Position numbers and translations under genes: made by a program. The notes under the pieces are model-generated. The model saw only the letters and a program-made list of their open reading frames with translations. It did no database searches and had not been told where the DNA came from. This document shows positions 10,747 to 21,337 of a stretch of DNA of 64,000 nt, piece by piece (position 1 is the stretch's first letter; the number at the start of each line of letters is the position of its first letter). Source of the stretch: an uncultured Trueperaceae bacterium. Its GTDB lineage: Bacteria; Deinococcota; Deinococci; Deinococcales; Trueperaceae. The DNA is taken from assembly GCA_963799485.1 (NCBI GenBank), contig CAWCXJ010000012.1, positions 64,001 to 128,000 on the forward strand, read 5' to 3'.

Positions 10747-11856
10747 ATGCTGCCCGAACCCTTTGCCGAAGCCCAAACCTTGCCCGAAAGAGGCCGCGTT
10801 CTCTGCGCCATGTCGGGCGGGGTGGACTCGTCGCTGGCGGCAGCGCTCCTTAAAGAACAAGGCTACGAGGTGCAAGGTGCGATGCTGCGGTTCTGGCCCG
10901 ACGAGCGCCCTAAAGGTGCTTTCGACCTCTGCTGCAGCCCCGACGCGGCTTATGACGCTCGCCGCGTCGCCGATAAGGTAGATGTGCCCTTCTATCTACT
11001 CGACGCCAGGGAGCAGTTCGATGAGGTGGTTATCAGCCCGTTTGTACCGGCTTACGAAGGTGGGCAGACCCCCAACCCCTGCGTGTGGTGCAACCGCGAG
11101 ATCAAATTCGGGACGTTCTTGCACAAAGCGCGGCGGCTGGGCTGCGAGTTTGTTGCTACCGGACATTACGTAAAACGTATTGACGGCCCAAACAGCGTAG
11201 AACTTCACCGGGGGGCAGACGATTCCAAAGACCAGACCTACTTTTTGTGGGCCTTAAACCGGGACGTCTTGCCGCACCTGCTCTTTCCGTTAGGCGATAA
11301 AACCAAACCTGAAGTGCGTGAACTCGCCGAGGCCAGGGGCTTTATCACGGCGGACAAACCCTCGTCGCACGGGCTCTGTTTTATCACGAGCAGCGTCAAG
11401 GACTATCTGAGCGACTTCAGCACAAGCTCGCCGGGAGCTGTACTCGACGCGTCGAACGGTTATAAAAAGGTTGGGCAGCATAACGGCGTGCAGTTCTACA
11501 CCATCGGGCAGCGGCGCGGGCTGGGGATGTATCACTCACACCTCGAGCGCTTTGTGATCGAACTCCGCGCCCAAACAAACGAAGTCATCGTCGGCACACG
11601 CGAGATGTGTCACTGGCGGGGTCTCAGCGCCGAACAGGTCAACTTGTTGCTGCCTGAAGACGAGCTACCTGAGCGGGTGCAGGTGCAGACGCGGTATCGG
11701 CAAACCTCGGTTCCTGCGACGCTAAAGCTGGTGGGGGGGAGGCTCGAGCTGCGTTTCGACACCCCGATGTTCGCTGTTACCCTCGGTCAATCGGCGGTAA
11801 TTTACGACGGCCCGCGTCTTTTAGGCGGCGGCGTCATCAGCGAGCGCCACAGCTAA
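10747..11856 (+). CDS. mnmA: tRNA 2-thiouridylase
   Basis: AMSGGVDSS, TPNPCVWCN, ATGHY, KDQTYFL, YTIGQRRG, GQSAVIY. Confidence 0.96.
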   Translation: MLPEPFAEAQTLPERGRVLCAMSGGVDSSLAAALLKEQGYEVQGAMLRFWPDERPKGAFDLCCSPDAAYDARRVADKVDVPFYLLDAREQFDEVVISPFVPAYEGGQTPNPCVWCNREIKFGTFLHKARRLGCEFVATGHYVKRIDGPNSVELHRGADDSKDQTYFLWALNRDVLPHLLFPLGDKTKPEVRELAEARGFITADKPSSHGLCFITSSVKDYLSDFSTSSPGAVLDASNGYKKVGQHNGVQFYTIGQRRGLGMYHSHLERFVIELRAQTNEVIVGTREMCHWRGLSAEQVNLLLPEDELPERVQVQTRYRQTSVPATLKLVGGRLELRFDTPMFAVTLGQSAVIYDGPRLLGGGVISERHS

Positions 11857-11930
11857 AACCTGTAAAAAGCCGCACATCTTTTTCGCAGCCGCCTCGCTAC
11901 TTGCGCTAGACTAACCGCAGGAGGCCCGCC

Positions 11931-12479
11931 GTGCTGTGGATTGTACTTGCCGTGCTCGTTATCGTCGCCCTCGTCGGGGTCACGTTTTATAACCGTATCA
12001 CCGTCCTGGAAAACCGTATCAAAAACGCCTGGGCGCAGATCGATGTGCAGCTTAAACGCCGTAATGACTTGATTCCGAACTTGCTCGAGACCGTTAAAGG
12101 CTACGCGGCGCACGAGCGCGGGCTGTTTACCAAACTCGCTGAAGCGCGTGAACGCTCACTTCGGGCGACCACCGTCCCCGAACAAGCCGAAGCCTCGAAT
12201 CAGGTGACAAGCGCCCTGCGGAGCGTTTTCGCCGTAGCCGAAAACTATCCTGAACTTAAAGCCAACCAGAACTTTTTAGCGCTGCAAACCGAGTTGTCCG
12301 AAACTGAGGACAAAATCGCTTACGCGCGGCAGTTCTACAACGACGCGGTGCTGCAGTTCAACAATACCATTCAAACGGTTCCTGGCGTCTTCGTTGCCGG
12401 GCCGATGGGCAAAACGCCACAGGTGATGTTGGAAACGCCTGAAGCGGAGCGCGCCGTACCCAAGGTATCGTTCGGCTAG
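11931..12479 (+). CDS. lemA: LemA family protein
   Basis: N-terminal TM, WAQIDVQLKRRNDLIPNL, AENYPELKANQNF. GGAGG RBS. Confidence 0.94.
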   Translation: MLWIVLAVLVIVALVGVTFYNRITVLENRIKNAWAQIDVQLKRRNDLIPNLLETVKGYAAHERGLFTKLAEARERSLRATTVPEQAEASNQVTSALRSVFAVAENYPELKANQNFLALQTELSETEDKIAYARQFYNDAVLQFNNTIQTVPGVFVAGPMGKTPQVMLETPEAERAVPKVSFG

Positions 12480-12497
12480 ACGCCGCAAAAATCCACT

Positions 12498-12535
12498 AAA
12501 AAACCCCGCGCTTAACGACTGGCGCGGGGTTTTTT
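12498..12535. terminator. Bidirectional intrinsic terminator between lemA and rpsA
   Basis: AAAAAACCCCGCGC-loop-GCGCGGGGTTTTTT between convergent genes. Confidence 0.85.
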
Positions 12536-12548
12536 ATTAAAAGCCGAG

Positions 12549-14822
12549 TTAGGCGGAAGGCTCTTTTTCTTCTTCGGGTTGGGTTTCTTCAGACGTCTCG
12601 GGGGTACTGGGTGCGGGACGTCTGCCTTGACGGAACGCGGCGGTCAGGAGCGCAGCGGCCTCGGCTGCGTCGATAGCGTTTTCCGGTTCCTCTGCAGGCT
12701 GCTGCGGTTGCGCCTCTGCTCGCGTGGGCGCTTGCCTTTGCTCTGTCTGCTCGGCCGGAGCCGGTTCAGCAGCCTGAGGTGCGGTGTCGGCTACTGGTGC
12801 AGAAACTTCTGCTGAGGTCGTGTCGGCGCTCGAGCTTTCACCGGCGCTATCGGCGCGGTTCGCCTGCGCCTCAGCCGGCTGGTTGTCGCTCAGACCGAAC
12901 TGGGCGAACAGGTCGGCGTACACGTCGCCAAGCTTGGTGGTGGTTTTGCTGCCGGCGTCGGCGGAAGCGTACGAGTAATCATAGTCGATGCCCTGGCTCC
13001 GGCGACCGCCACGGCGACCCCCTTTGCGGGCTCCACCACGGCTTTGCGGTGCGCCGAGCGGTGCGCCGCTCTCGTAGCTACCTTCGCCCGCGCTGTACGG
13101 CAGGGTGCGTTTACGCGACAAGCTTGCGCGCTGTTCGATAGGGTCGATGTTGAGGATGACCGCGGTAATCTCGTCGCCCTTGCTAAAGTGCTGCGAGATG
13201 TCCTCGATGTGTTCGTGAGCCAATTCGCTGATGTGAACGAGCCCTTCGATACCCTCTTCGATCTCCATAAAGACGCCGAAATCGGTCATCCCGGTAATCG
13301 GGCCGGTGACTTCCGTGCCGGGCGGGAAACGGTCGGGCAGGCTCGACCACGGGTCGGGTTGGGTCTGGCGAAGTCCTAACGAAATCCGCTGCTGCGGTAC
13401 GTCGATCTTCAAGACCATTGCCTCGACTTCTTGGCCCTCTTCGACAACCTCTTTGGGGTGCCGGACGCGTTTGGTCCAGCTCATCTCCGAGACGTGAATC
13501 AAGCCCTCGAGCCCCGACTCGATCTCGACAAACGCACCGAACGGTGTGATGTTGGTGACCTTACCGGAAACTTTTTGCCCAATTTGGAAGTTCGCCAGCA
13601 CGTTTTCCCACGGGTCGCCCTTCAGGGACTTCATCGACAAGTTGATGCGCTCGCGCTCCAAGTCCATGTCCATGACTTCGACCTGAACTTTTTGCCCGAC
13701 CTCGAGGACTTCGCGGGGGTGGTTGAAGCGGCCGTGGGTAATCTCGCTGCGGTGAACGAGGCCGTCGACGCCGCCCAAATTGACAAACGCGCCGAAGTCG
13801 GTGATTTCAACGACTTCACCCTCCAACTTCGCACCGGGCTCGAGCTTTTTGAGCGTCTCTTCTTTGACGCCTGCGAGTTCTTCTTCCATAATCGAGCGGC
13901 GCGAGATGATGACGCGGTTGCGGCGGCGGTTGAGTTCGATAATCCGCACGCGCATCCGCTGCCCGACATACGGTGCGAGATCGTTGATCCGCCGCACATC
14001 GACCTGACTCGCGGGTAAAAAGGCCCGCACGCCCAGGTTGGCGACCAAACCGCCGCGAACTTTCTCGACGATTTCGACCTCGACCGGCAGTTTTTTGTCG
14101 AAGATGTCTTGCAGGAGGTTCCACGCACGCTCCTGATCGGCCCGTTTTTTCGACAAGATGATGGTGCTGTTGGCGATATCGACGCGAATGGCGTAGACCT
14201 GAAGCTCGTCACCGGGTTTGAAGTATTTGGCGGCTTCAGCGGCGTCGGCTTCAAACTCGAAAAGCTGGTTGTAAGGCACCAAACCTTCGACTTTTTGACC
14301 CACGTCAACAACCAAGCCCTCTTGCGAGAGCATGATCACAGAACCGGTGGTGAGCATCCCGCGGTGAATCGGCTTACGGGCGAGCTGCTCGTCCGAGGCG
14401 GCCATGACTTCTTCCATGGTCATGCTCGAGCCGTCGTCGTCCTGACCGCGCGCAACTACACTTTTAGCGTCACCTTGAACATCGTCTTCAGCAGCGTCTC
14501 GAGTGTTGTCAGTTCGGGGCTCGGCTTGAAGGTCCGCCTGACTGTTCTCTGCGCCGGGTGCATCTTGGGGGGTAGCGTCCGCCGTCTCTGGAGTTGCAGC
14601 TGCGTCATCTGCCGAGGTCGGTTCCGTTTCGGCTGCTGTCGCGGGGTTTGTGTCGGCGTCGGCGTCCTCTGGAGTAGAAGATGCTGAGAAGGTTTCGGTC
14701 TCAGCCGACGCAGCGCTTTCACCCTGAGTGGGCGCGGCGGTCGGTGCCTCGGTCGAACCGGGGTTCTGGGCTTGGTCGGTGCCGGATTCAGGGTGTCCGG
14801 TCTGGTTTTCCTTTTGATCCAT
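12549..14822 (-). CDS. rpsA: 30S ribosomal protein S1 with low-complexity N- and C-terminal extensions
   Basis: Repeated S1 domains ([57 protein letters not shown]). Start ATG 14822 after AGGAGG. Confidence 0.95.
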   Translation of the reverse strand: MDQKENQTGHPESGTDQAQNPGSTEAPTAAPTQGESAASAETETFSASSTPEDADADTNPATAAETEPTSADDAAATPETADATPQDAPGAENSQADLQAEPRTDNTRDAAEDDVQGDAKSVVARGQDDDGSSMTMEEVMAASDEQLARKPIHRGMLTTGSVIMLSQEGLVVDVGQKVEGLVPYNQLFEFEADAAEAAKYFKPGDELQVYAIRVDIANSTIILSKKRADQERAWNLLQDIFDKKLPVEVEIVEKVRGGLVANLGVRAFLPASQVDVRRINDLAPYVGQRMRVRIIELNRRRNRVIISRRSIMEEELAGVKEETLKKLEPGAKLEGEVVEITDFGAFVNLGGVDGLVHRSEITHGRFNHPREVLEVGQKVQVEVMDMDLERERINLSMKSLKGDPWENVLANFQIGQKVSGKVTNITPFGAFVEIESGLEGLIHVSEMSWTKRVRHPKEVVEEGQEVEAMVLKIDVPQQRISLGLRQTQPDPWSSLPDRFPPGTEVTGPITGMTDFGVFMEIEEGIEGLVHISELAHEHIEDISQHFSKGDEITAVILNIDPIEQRASLSRKRTLPYSAGEGSYESGAPLGAPQSRGGARKGGRRGGRRSQGIDYDYSYASADAGSKTTTKLGDVYADLFAQFGLSDNQPAEAQANRADSAGESSSADTTSAEVSAPVADTAPQAAEPAPAEQTEQRQAPTRAEAQPQQPAEEPENAIDAAEAAALLTAAFRQGRRPAPSTPETSEETQPEEEKEPSA

Positions 14823-15279
14823 GTTGGGGGAGTTCCTCCTTGCCTGGTTTGTGGCAACATTCTTATTTAAGCACGAATCCCTGCGAGGTACAAGACTCGT
14901 GGTGCTCACTCCGGCCTGGCTTGACTGGCTGGGGATGACGTAACCACGGGCAAATACGGTGTGGGAGTGGGTGTCTTTCTAAGTGTAGCAGAATACGCGC
15001 GCTTTGCGTAGGGGTAGCTGACGAAAATTGACGGAAAAAATTGCTGGACGGAACCGGACGGAACACCGGTCTGCACTGATATGCCTGAGGCGGCTGAACG
15101 CGAGTCCCCGGTCCGTACCCGGAGCTGTGTTCAGACCCGTGCAAGCAGCCCCAAGTCAAACGCAACAAGCAGAAAACGCCGGAAAACTTTTAGCAAGGCT
15201 TGTGCCGAGGCGAGCGCGTCAGTGTGGGCGGCATAACAAAAGAGGCAGCCGCAGCTGCCCCTTAAGCCGATAAGCCGGT

Positions 15280-17460
15280 TTAAGCTGTGCGGCGCTGCGT
15301 TTTGACCGGCCTTTGACCCCGACGGTTTTGAAACCACACGACCATCGGCGCGAGGATAAAGATGCTCGAGTACGTCCCGAAACCGATCCCGATCAAGAGC
15401 ACCAAAGAAAAGTCGCGCAGCACGCTGCCGCCGAAAAAGAACAGTGCGAGTACGGGCAGCAGTGTAGTCAGCGAGGTCATCAGCGTCCGGGACAAGGTTT
15501 GGTTGACCGACAAATCGACCAACTCGCGGTAGTCCATCCCCTTGTGAACCCGCAGGTTTTCGCGGATACGGTCGGAAATGATGATCGAATCGTTGAGCGA
15601 GTAGCCGATGACGAACAAAATAGCCGCCAATACCGGGATGCTGAACTGGGCCCCGACGAGGGCAAGAATCCCCAACACGATACCGACGTCGTGAACCGTC
15701 GCAATCACCGACGCGACCGCCACAATCCAGTTCGGCCAGAAACGCCACGCCACGTAAACGAGAATCAGCAGTACCGCTACGAGTGCGGCGAGAATGGCGT
15801 TTTGCCGCAGGTCTTCGCCCACCGAAGGCCCGACGAAGTTGTTTTGCAACACCTCACCCCCGACCGCCGCTGCGAGCCTGTTCGCCAAGGTGCCGCTGTC
15901 GGCCTCGTTTTGGGTCTGCCCGACCCGCACCGAAATTTCTTTGCCTGCAATCGTCGTGTCCTGCACCTCTTGCACCGTCGCGCCCGCCCCGTCTATACCT
16001 GCAATGCCAAGCGTATCGATACCGCTCCGCACGTCGCTCACATTTACGGCGTCGGGAACGCTGAGGAGGATGTCGCTACCGCCGGTAAAGTCGGTAGACA
16101 AGTTGAGACCGCGTACAAAGACAAAGCCGAGCGAAACAACTGCCAGCACCAGCGAGAGCGTCATAATAACGGGCGCTTTGTTGACGAACTTGAGCCCCTG
16201 AATGTGAAAGCCTTTGGGCAAAAGGGGCCGCCGTGAACGTGCAAAGACCGTGTTAAGCGCAAACGGCACCATCACCGAGTTCATAAACACCGAGGCGACT
16301 GCGCCGATTGCCAGCGTGATGGCAAAGCCGCGTACCGGGCCGGTGGTGTACTGATACAAGGCCGCTGCTGCCAGCAAAATCGCCATGTGCGTATCGATAA
16401 TGGCCGGAATCGAGTGGCTGAACCCGGCTTTCATCGCCAGCCCCAGACCCTTACCTGCGCGCAACTCTTCGCGGATACGTTCGAACGAGATGATGTTCCC
16501 GTCGGCTGCCGCCCCAATCGTCAGAATCAGACCGGCGAGCCCCGGCAGCGTCAGCGTGGCGTTAAGACCCGAAAGAATACCCAGAATAAGGAGCATGACG
16601 TAAAAGAGACCGAAGACCAGAATACCGCCGAAGAGCGGCCCGTAGTAGAGAAACACGAGGACGACCACCCCGGCCCCACCGATGAGCGCGGCTTTGACGC
16701 CTGCGTTTACGGCGTCGCGTCCCAAAGTCGGGCCGACGGCGGTGACGCCTTCGGTGCGGAGCGAGATCGGCAGGCTGCCCGAGCGCAAAACGAGCGCTAA
16801 GTCGGACGCCTCCTCGAGCGTAAACTGCCCGGTAATCTGTCCGCTGTTACTGATGCGCTGATTGATGGTCGGGGCGCTCACCACGTTGCCGTCTAAAACA
16901 ATTGCCATACGGCGACCGACGGCTCCGCCGGTAAACTGCCCGAACGCCGCCGCGTCGCGGTTACGAATCTGAAAACTGACGAGGGGTTGGTTGAGCGTAC
17001 TAAACCCGGTCGAGGCGTTTTGCAACACTTCGCCGGTGAACGCGGCGGGCTCGAGGTCGGCCTCAGTCATCTCGGCGTCGGTTTTATTTACGGATGAGGG
17101 TTTAACAAGCCGGAACTCTAGCACGGCCTGCTGCCCGATCAGGTCTTGCGCGCGGTTTTGCTCTGCGGTCGTCAGACCCGGCAGCTCGACCAAAATGCGG
17201 TCGGTGCCCGACGTTTGAATAAGTGCTTCGGACACCCCGAATTCGTTGACGCGGTTTTCGATGACGCGGCGGGCCGCCTGCATATCTTCGGGGGCGGGGT
17301 TGGGCGTATCGGCTTGCAGCACGACGCGCAGCCCCCCCTGCAAGTCGAGGCCGAGTCTTAGGGAGGGGTCGCCGGAGGTGTCCCACGGCTTCCAGAGGTA
17401 GAGGATGGCGGCTAACAGGGCGGCGAGGACTAAAAGCCCGCGAAAGGCACGTTGGGTCAT
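15280..17460 (-). CDS. secDF: Fused protein translocase subunit SecDF
   Basis: LGLDLQGG, RVNEFGVSE, LRSGSLP, ERIREE, DFTGG, GYSLNDSIIISDRIREN. Confidence 0.96.
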   Translation of the reverse strand: MTQRAFRGLLVLAALLAAILYLWKPWDTSGDPSLRLGLDLQGGLRVVLQADTPNPAPEDMQAARRVIENRVNEFGVSEALIQTSGTDRILVELPGLTTAEQNRAQDLIGQQAVLEFRLVKPSSVNKTDAEMTEADLEPAAFTGEVLQNASTGFSTLNQPLVSFQIRNRDAAAFGQFTGGAVGRRMAIVLDGNVVSAPTINQRISNSGQITGQFTLEEASDLALVLRSGSLPISLRTEGVTAVGPTLGRDAVNAGVKAALIGGAGVVVLVFLYYGPLFGGILVFGLFYVMLLILGILSGLNATLTLPGLAGLILTIGAAADGNIISFERIREELRAGKGLGLAMKAGFSHSIPAIIDTHMAILLAAAALYQYTTGPVRGFAITLAIGAVASVFMNSVMVPFALNTVFARSRRPLLPKGFHIQGLKFVNKAPVIMTLSLVLAVVSLGFVFVRGLNLSTDFTGGSDILLSVPDAVNVSDVRSGIDTLGIAGIDGAGATVQEVQDTTIAGKEISVRVGQTQNEADSGTLANRLAAAVGGEVLQNNFVGPSVGEDLRQNAILAALVAVLLILVYVAWRFWPNWIVAVASVIATVHDVGIVLGILALVGAQFSIPVLAAILFVIGYSLNDSIIISDRIRENLRVHKGMDYRELVDLSVNQTLSRTLMTSLTTLLPVLALFFFGGSVLRDFSLVLLIGIGFGTYSSIFILAPMVVWFQNRRGQRPVKTQRRTA

Positions 17461-17619
17461 GAATCTAGGTCTCCAAAAGGGAAAAAGGGTTGAGGGATGT
17501 TTGCTTGGCTGGTTGACGTAATGTGTTGGGCTCGAGCCTCATCCTAAAATAGATATGAAAGCTGTATCCTTACCGAATTCAAGCACTGAAGCTGGGCCAA
17601 AACGTCGGTAGAAGCAGCC

Positions 17620-17946
17620 TTAGCCGCCCTCGAGCTGCCACTGCTGAAACATAGCGAGGTCGGTGTGGTTTACTTCTTGTAAAGCAAAAAGCAGCAGAAC
17701 AATATGCCAAGTCTGCCTAACGGCCTCTAAGTGACCTGTTGTCGGCAGCATGCCGAGTAAACGGCGTTCAGGAGTGCCGAACGTGACAGGGCGTGCGTGC
17801 GACTCTAGAAGCGGCGGCGGCGGCGCGTCCATCCCGGCGTGCGGCTCGCCCGGTTCACCGGCCTGTAAATTTTCAGAAACGCTGTAAAAGGGCAGCAGTA
17901 AAAAGCAACAAAAAAGGGTGCGAAGACTCCGGAAAGAGCCTTTCAC
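17620..17946 (-). CDS. Small uORF protein upstream of secDF with signal-peptide-like N-terminus (candidate arrest peptide)
   Basis: MKGSFRSLRTLFCCFLLLPFYSVS..DAPPPP..QWQLEGG*. Fills the infB-secDF gap on the same strand. Extended -10 TGCTAAAGT at 17990-17982. Start could also be TTG 17973. Confidence 0.55.
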   Translation of the reverse strand: MKGSFRSLRTLFCCFLLLPFYSVSENLQAGEPGEPHAGMDAPPPPLLESHARPVTFGTPERRLLGMLPTTGHLEAVRQTWHIVLLLFALQEVNHTDLAMFQQWQLEGG

Positions 17947-18011
17947 ACCGGTCGAAGTCCATACGCTCGTCAAAACAGACTACTTTAGCACACCCTTACG
18001 GCGGTCGTGAA

Positions 18012-19784
18012 TTACGAAACCGGGATTTCCACCATATCGTAAACCTCGATGATGTCGCCTTCTTGCACGTTTTCGTAATTTTGCAGGTTGATACCACATT
18101 CAAATCCTGTGCCAACCTCGCGCACGTCGTCCTTAAAGCGGCGCAGCTGCGAAACCGTCCCCTTGTAGGCCTCTTTACCGTTCCGCAAGAGCCGCGCTTT
18201 GGCTCCGCGGCGGATGGTGCCGTCGGTGACGTACGACCCGGCGATGTTGCCGCTACGCGGGACGCGGATAACCTGCCGCACTTCGGCGTGTCCGATGACC
18301 TGTTCTTCAAACTCGGGTTCGATCTGACCCTTGATGAGACGCTGCACGTCTTCGATCAGCTCGTAGATGATGCGGTAGTTTTTGAGCGGAACGCCCTGAC
18401 GTTCAGCAGCTTTTTTAACGCTTCCGGGCGCAGCGACGCCGAAACTCATGATGCTCGCGCCTGCGGTCGAAGCCAGCAGCAAATCCGATTCGGTAGGCGC
18501 ACCTACGGCGTCCAACATAACCTCGACGTCCACTTCATCGACCTGCTCGGACTCTTTGGCGATGACGCCCTTGATGGCCTCCAAAGACCCCTGGGTATCG
18601 GCGCGTAAAATCAGGTTGATTTTGGTGACTTTGGGTTTGCCGAACAGGTCGGCCAGGGTCACACCTTTTTTGTTGCCTGCCTGCGCTTCTTCGTCTTCGC
18701 GGGCAGTGCGCCGCTCACCGACGAGCGCTTTGGCACTTGCTTCATCGGCAACGGCGACGATCTGGTCGCCGGCGACGGGTTGCTCGCTAAACCCCAAAAT
18801 CTGTACGGGCACCGACGGCCCCGCCTCGGTGATGGCTTTGCCGCTCTCGTCGGTCATGCGGCGGATTTTTGCCCAGACTTCGCCGGAGACGAGGTAATCG
18901 GCGACGTGAAGCGTGCCTTTTTGCACCAGTACGGTTGCCAGCACCCCGGCGCGTTTGTCTAGCACCGATTCGATGATAACGCCTTCGGCGTTGCCGCCCG
19001 TTGGTGCGCGCAAATCCTCGAGTTCCGCGACCAGCGAGATCATCTCTAACAGGTTATCTACGCCGTCGCCGGTTTTGGCGCTGATGGCGGCGGTAATGGT
19101 GTCGCCGCCGAAATCTTCGGGAACGAGCTCGAGGCGCATCAAATCCTGTTTGACCTTATCGACGTTCGCCTGCGGCAAATCGGTTTTATTAATCGCGACG
19201 ATGATTGGGACGCCCGCCGCTTTAGCGTGGGCGATGGCCTCACGACTTTGCGGCATGATCGAGTCGTCGGCGGCTACGACGATCACGGCGATGTCGGTGG
19301 CCGACGCGCCGCGTTGCCGAATCGTCGTAAACGCTTCGTGACCGGGGGTGTCCAGGAAGGTGATGAGCCCGCCCGGTGTTTCGGCCTGGTACGCGCCGAT
19401 ATGCTGGGTGATGCCGCCCGCTTCTTTGTCGGCGACTTTGGTTTTGCGGATGTAATCCAGGAGGCTCGTTTTGCCGTGGTCGACGTGGCCCATCACGGTC
19501 ACGACCGGGGCGCGGTGGGGCGCATCGGGGGCGGGGGCAGGTTTAACCTCTTCTTCCGGAACTCCTTCCGCCTCGGCTTCGGCGGCAAGTTCGGCGGCTG
19601 CTTCTGCTTCGGCGACGCCGCCCTCGTCTTGAACCAGTTGGCGGACGGTCTCGGCGACGTCTTCGTCTAGGCTGCTCGAGTGCGACTTGTAGCTGACGCC
19701 CAAATTATCGAGGTGTCCCAGAAGTTCCTTGGAGTCGATGCCCAGCTCCTTGGCGAGTTGATAAATCCTTATTTTTTCAGACAT
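18012..19784 (-). CDS. infB: Translation initiation factor IF-2 (short form)
   Basis: GHVDHGKTSLLD, DTPGHEAF, INKTD, LRRFKDDVREV. Confidence 0.97.
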   Translation of the reverse strand: MSEKIRIYQLAKELGIDSKELLGHLDNLGVSYKSHSSSLDEDVAETVRQLVQDEGGVAEAEAAAELAAEAEAEGVPEEEVKPAPAPDAPHRAPVVTVMGHVDHGKTSLLDYIRKTKVADKEAGGITQHIGAYQAETPGGLITFLDTPGHEAFTTIRQRGASATDIAVIVVAADDSIMPQSREAIAHAKAAGVPIIVAINKTDLPQANVDKVKQDLMRLELVPEDFGGDTITAAISAKTGDGVDNLLEMISLVAELEDLRAPTGGNAEGVIIESVLDKRAGVLATVLVQKGTLHVADYLVSGEVWAKIRRMTDESGKAITEAGPSVPVQILGFSEQPVAGDQIVAVADEASAKALVGERRTAREDEEAQAGNKKGVTLADLFGKPKVTKINLILRADTQGSLEAIKGVIAKESEQVDEVDVEVMLDAVGAPTESDLLLASTAGASIMSFGVAAPGSVKKAAERQGVPLKNYRIIYELIEDVQRLIKGQIEPEFEEQVIGHAEVRQVIRVPRSGNIAGSYVTDGTIRRGAKARLLRNGKEAYKGTVSQLRRFKDDVREVGTGFECGINLQNYENVQEGDIIEVYDMVEIPVS

Positions 19785-20086
19785 TAAGCCCTCCTGTCCG
19801 GCTTGGTGCGCTGGTCTAGTTCATGGTCGTTGGTATGGGTACTGAATTGGTCGTTGAGAGAGCGGCATATCGCCTCCGTTTGGGCGCGGTAGCTGCGTCC
19901 GAGCCGTTTGGGTGTCCAGCACGCGGGGGTGTCTTCGCAGACCCAGCTGCCGCGTCCGGGGGCGCGGCGGGCCGGGTCGAGCGCCCACTTCCCCTGTTCG
20001 TCCCGGACGAGGCGCAAGAGTTCGGCCTGCGGGCGTACCCGGCGGCAACCGACGCAGCGGCGCAGCGGAATATGACCCCGTTTCAT
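19784..20086 (-). CDS. ylxR: YlxR/RnpM family RNA-binding protein
   Basis: HIPLRRCVGC..LLRLV..PGRGSWVC, between nusA and infB. Confidence 0.88.
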   Translation of the reverse strand: MKRGHIPLRRCVGCRRVRPQAELLRLVRDEQGKWALDPARRAPGRGSWVCEDTPACWTPKRLGRSYRAQTEAICRSLNDQFSTHTNDHELDQRTKPDRRA

Positions 20087-20091
20087 CCGCG

Positions 20092-21324
20092 TTACGCCCG
20101 TTCGGTTTCCCCGTCGTCGGCTTCTTTAGGCGCGTCTTCCGAGCTTTCGAGTACAGCTTCGGACGCGGCTTCCGGAACATCGGGAGCGGCGCTGAAGAGC
20201 GCTTCGAAGGCGGCGCGTTTGGCGTCGTCGGTACCTAAAGACGGCTCAGAAGTTCTCGAGGCCACGGCCTGAAGCGCGGCGTCAAGGTCAGACACGTGCT
20301 CAGACGCGACCAGGTCGATCTTGAAACCGGTCAGTTTGGCAGCCAAACGGACGTTTTGTCCGCCTTTGCCAATCGCCAGCGAGAGCTGGTCATTACCCAC
20401 ATTGACCTTCGCCTCACCGGTTTCGCTGTTCACGTCGATATTGCCGACCTTGGCAGGGGAGAGGGCGTTGCGGATAAATTCGCGCGGGCTCGGGTCCCAC
20501 AAGATGATATCGACGCGTTCACGCTGCAACTCGCCGGTCACAGCCTGAATCCGCGCGCCCCGGTGCCCGATACACGCGCCGATCGGGTCGACGTTGGTGT
20601 TGCGGCTGATCACTGCGACTTTCGAGCGTTGTCCGGCTTCACGGGCGACGGCTTTAAGCTCGACGGTATCGTCGGCGACTTCGGGAATCTCCTGACGCAT
20701 CAGGTACTCTAAAAGCTCGGGCGCAGCGCGGGAGACCAAAATGCTCGGCCCCCGGCTGCCGAGTTCGACCTTCATGACAAACACTTTAAGGCGCATCCCG
20801 ACCATGTACCGCTCGCCCTGAATCTGCTCTTTGGGCGGCATGATGGCCTCGCCTCGGCCCAGGTCGACGAACACGTTACGTTTGTTGTCGGTTCTCGAGA
20901 CCACGGCGGTGATGATGTCGCCGGCGCGGTCTTTGTACTCGTTGAAGACGACGGCGCGCTCGGCCTCGCGGATTTTTTGGGTGATGACCTGCTTGGTCGT
21001 TTGCACCGCGATACGGGTGAACCTCTCGGGATCGACCGGAAACTCCATCTCCATGCCGACTTCGACGGTGGGGTCTAGCTCGAGCGCCTCGGCGAGCAAA
21101 ATCTCCTGCTCGGGCTCCTCGATCTCTTCGACCACGCGCCGAATCACGATCACGTCGATCTCGCCGGAATCGGGGTCGACTTGCACCTCGATGAGTTTGC
21201 CCGGTTCGACGTTGCGCTCATACGCCTGCTCCAATGCCTCTTCAAAGCTCGTTAAGAGCTGTTCCTTGTCGATGTTGCGCTCGGTGGCTAACTGCCCGAG
21301 CGCGTCGATAAAATCCTTGTTCAT
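20092..21324 (-). CDS. nusA: Transcription factor NusA
   Basis: AREAGQRSKVAV, DPIGACIG, LAIGKGGQNVRLAAKLTG. Confidence 0.97.
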   Translation of the reverse strand: MNKDFIDALGQLATERNIDKEQLLTSFEEALEQAYERNVEPGKLIEVQVDPDSGEIDVIVIRRVVEEIEEPEQEILLAEALELDPTVEVGMEMEFPVDPERFTRIAVQTTKQVITQKIREAERAVVFNEYKDRAGDIITAVVSRTDNKRNVFVDLGRGEAIMPPKEQIQGERYMVGMRLKVFVMKVELGSRGPSILVSRAAPELLEYLMRQEIPEVADDTVELKAVAREAGQRSKVAVISRNTNVDPIGACIGHRGARIQAVTGELQRERVDIILWDPSPREFIRNALSPAKVGNIDVNSETGEAKVNVGNDQLSLAIGKGGQNVRLAAKLTGFKIDLVASEHVSDLDAALQAVASRTSEPSLGTDDAKRAAFEALFSAAPDVPEAASEAVLESSEDAPKEADDGETERA

Positions 21325-21337
21325 CCTTGTCTCCTCA

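Noticed and set aside
15313..18608. Long antisense ORFs opposite secDF and infB (likewise opposite ileS, rho, rpsA)
   Set aside because: Shadow frames expected from high-GC codon bias, with no recognisable motifs.
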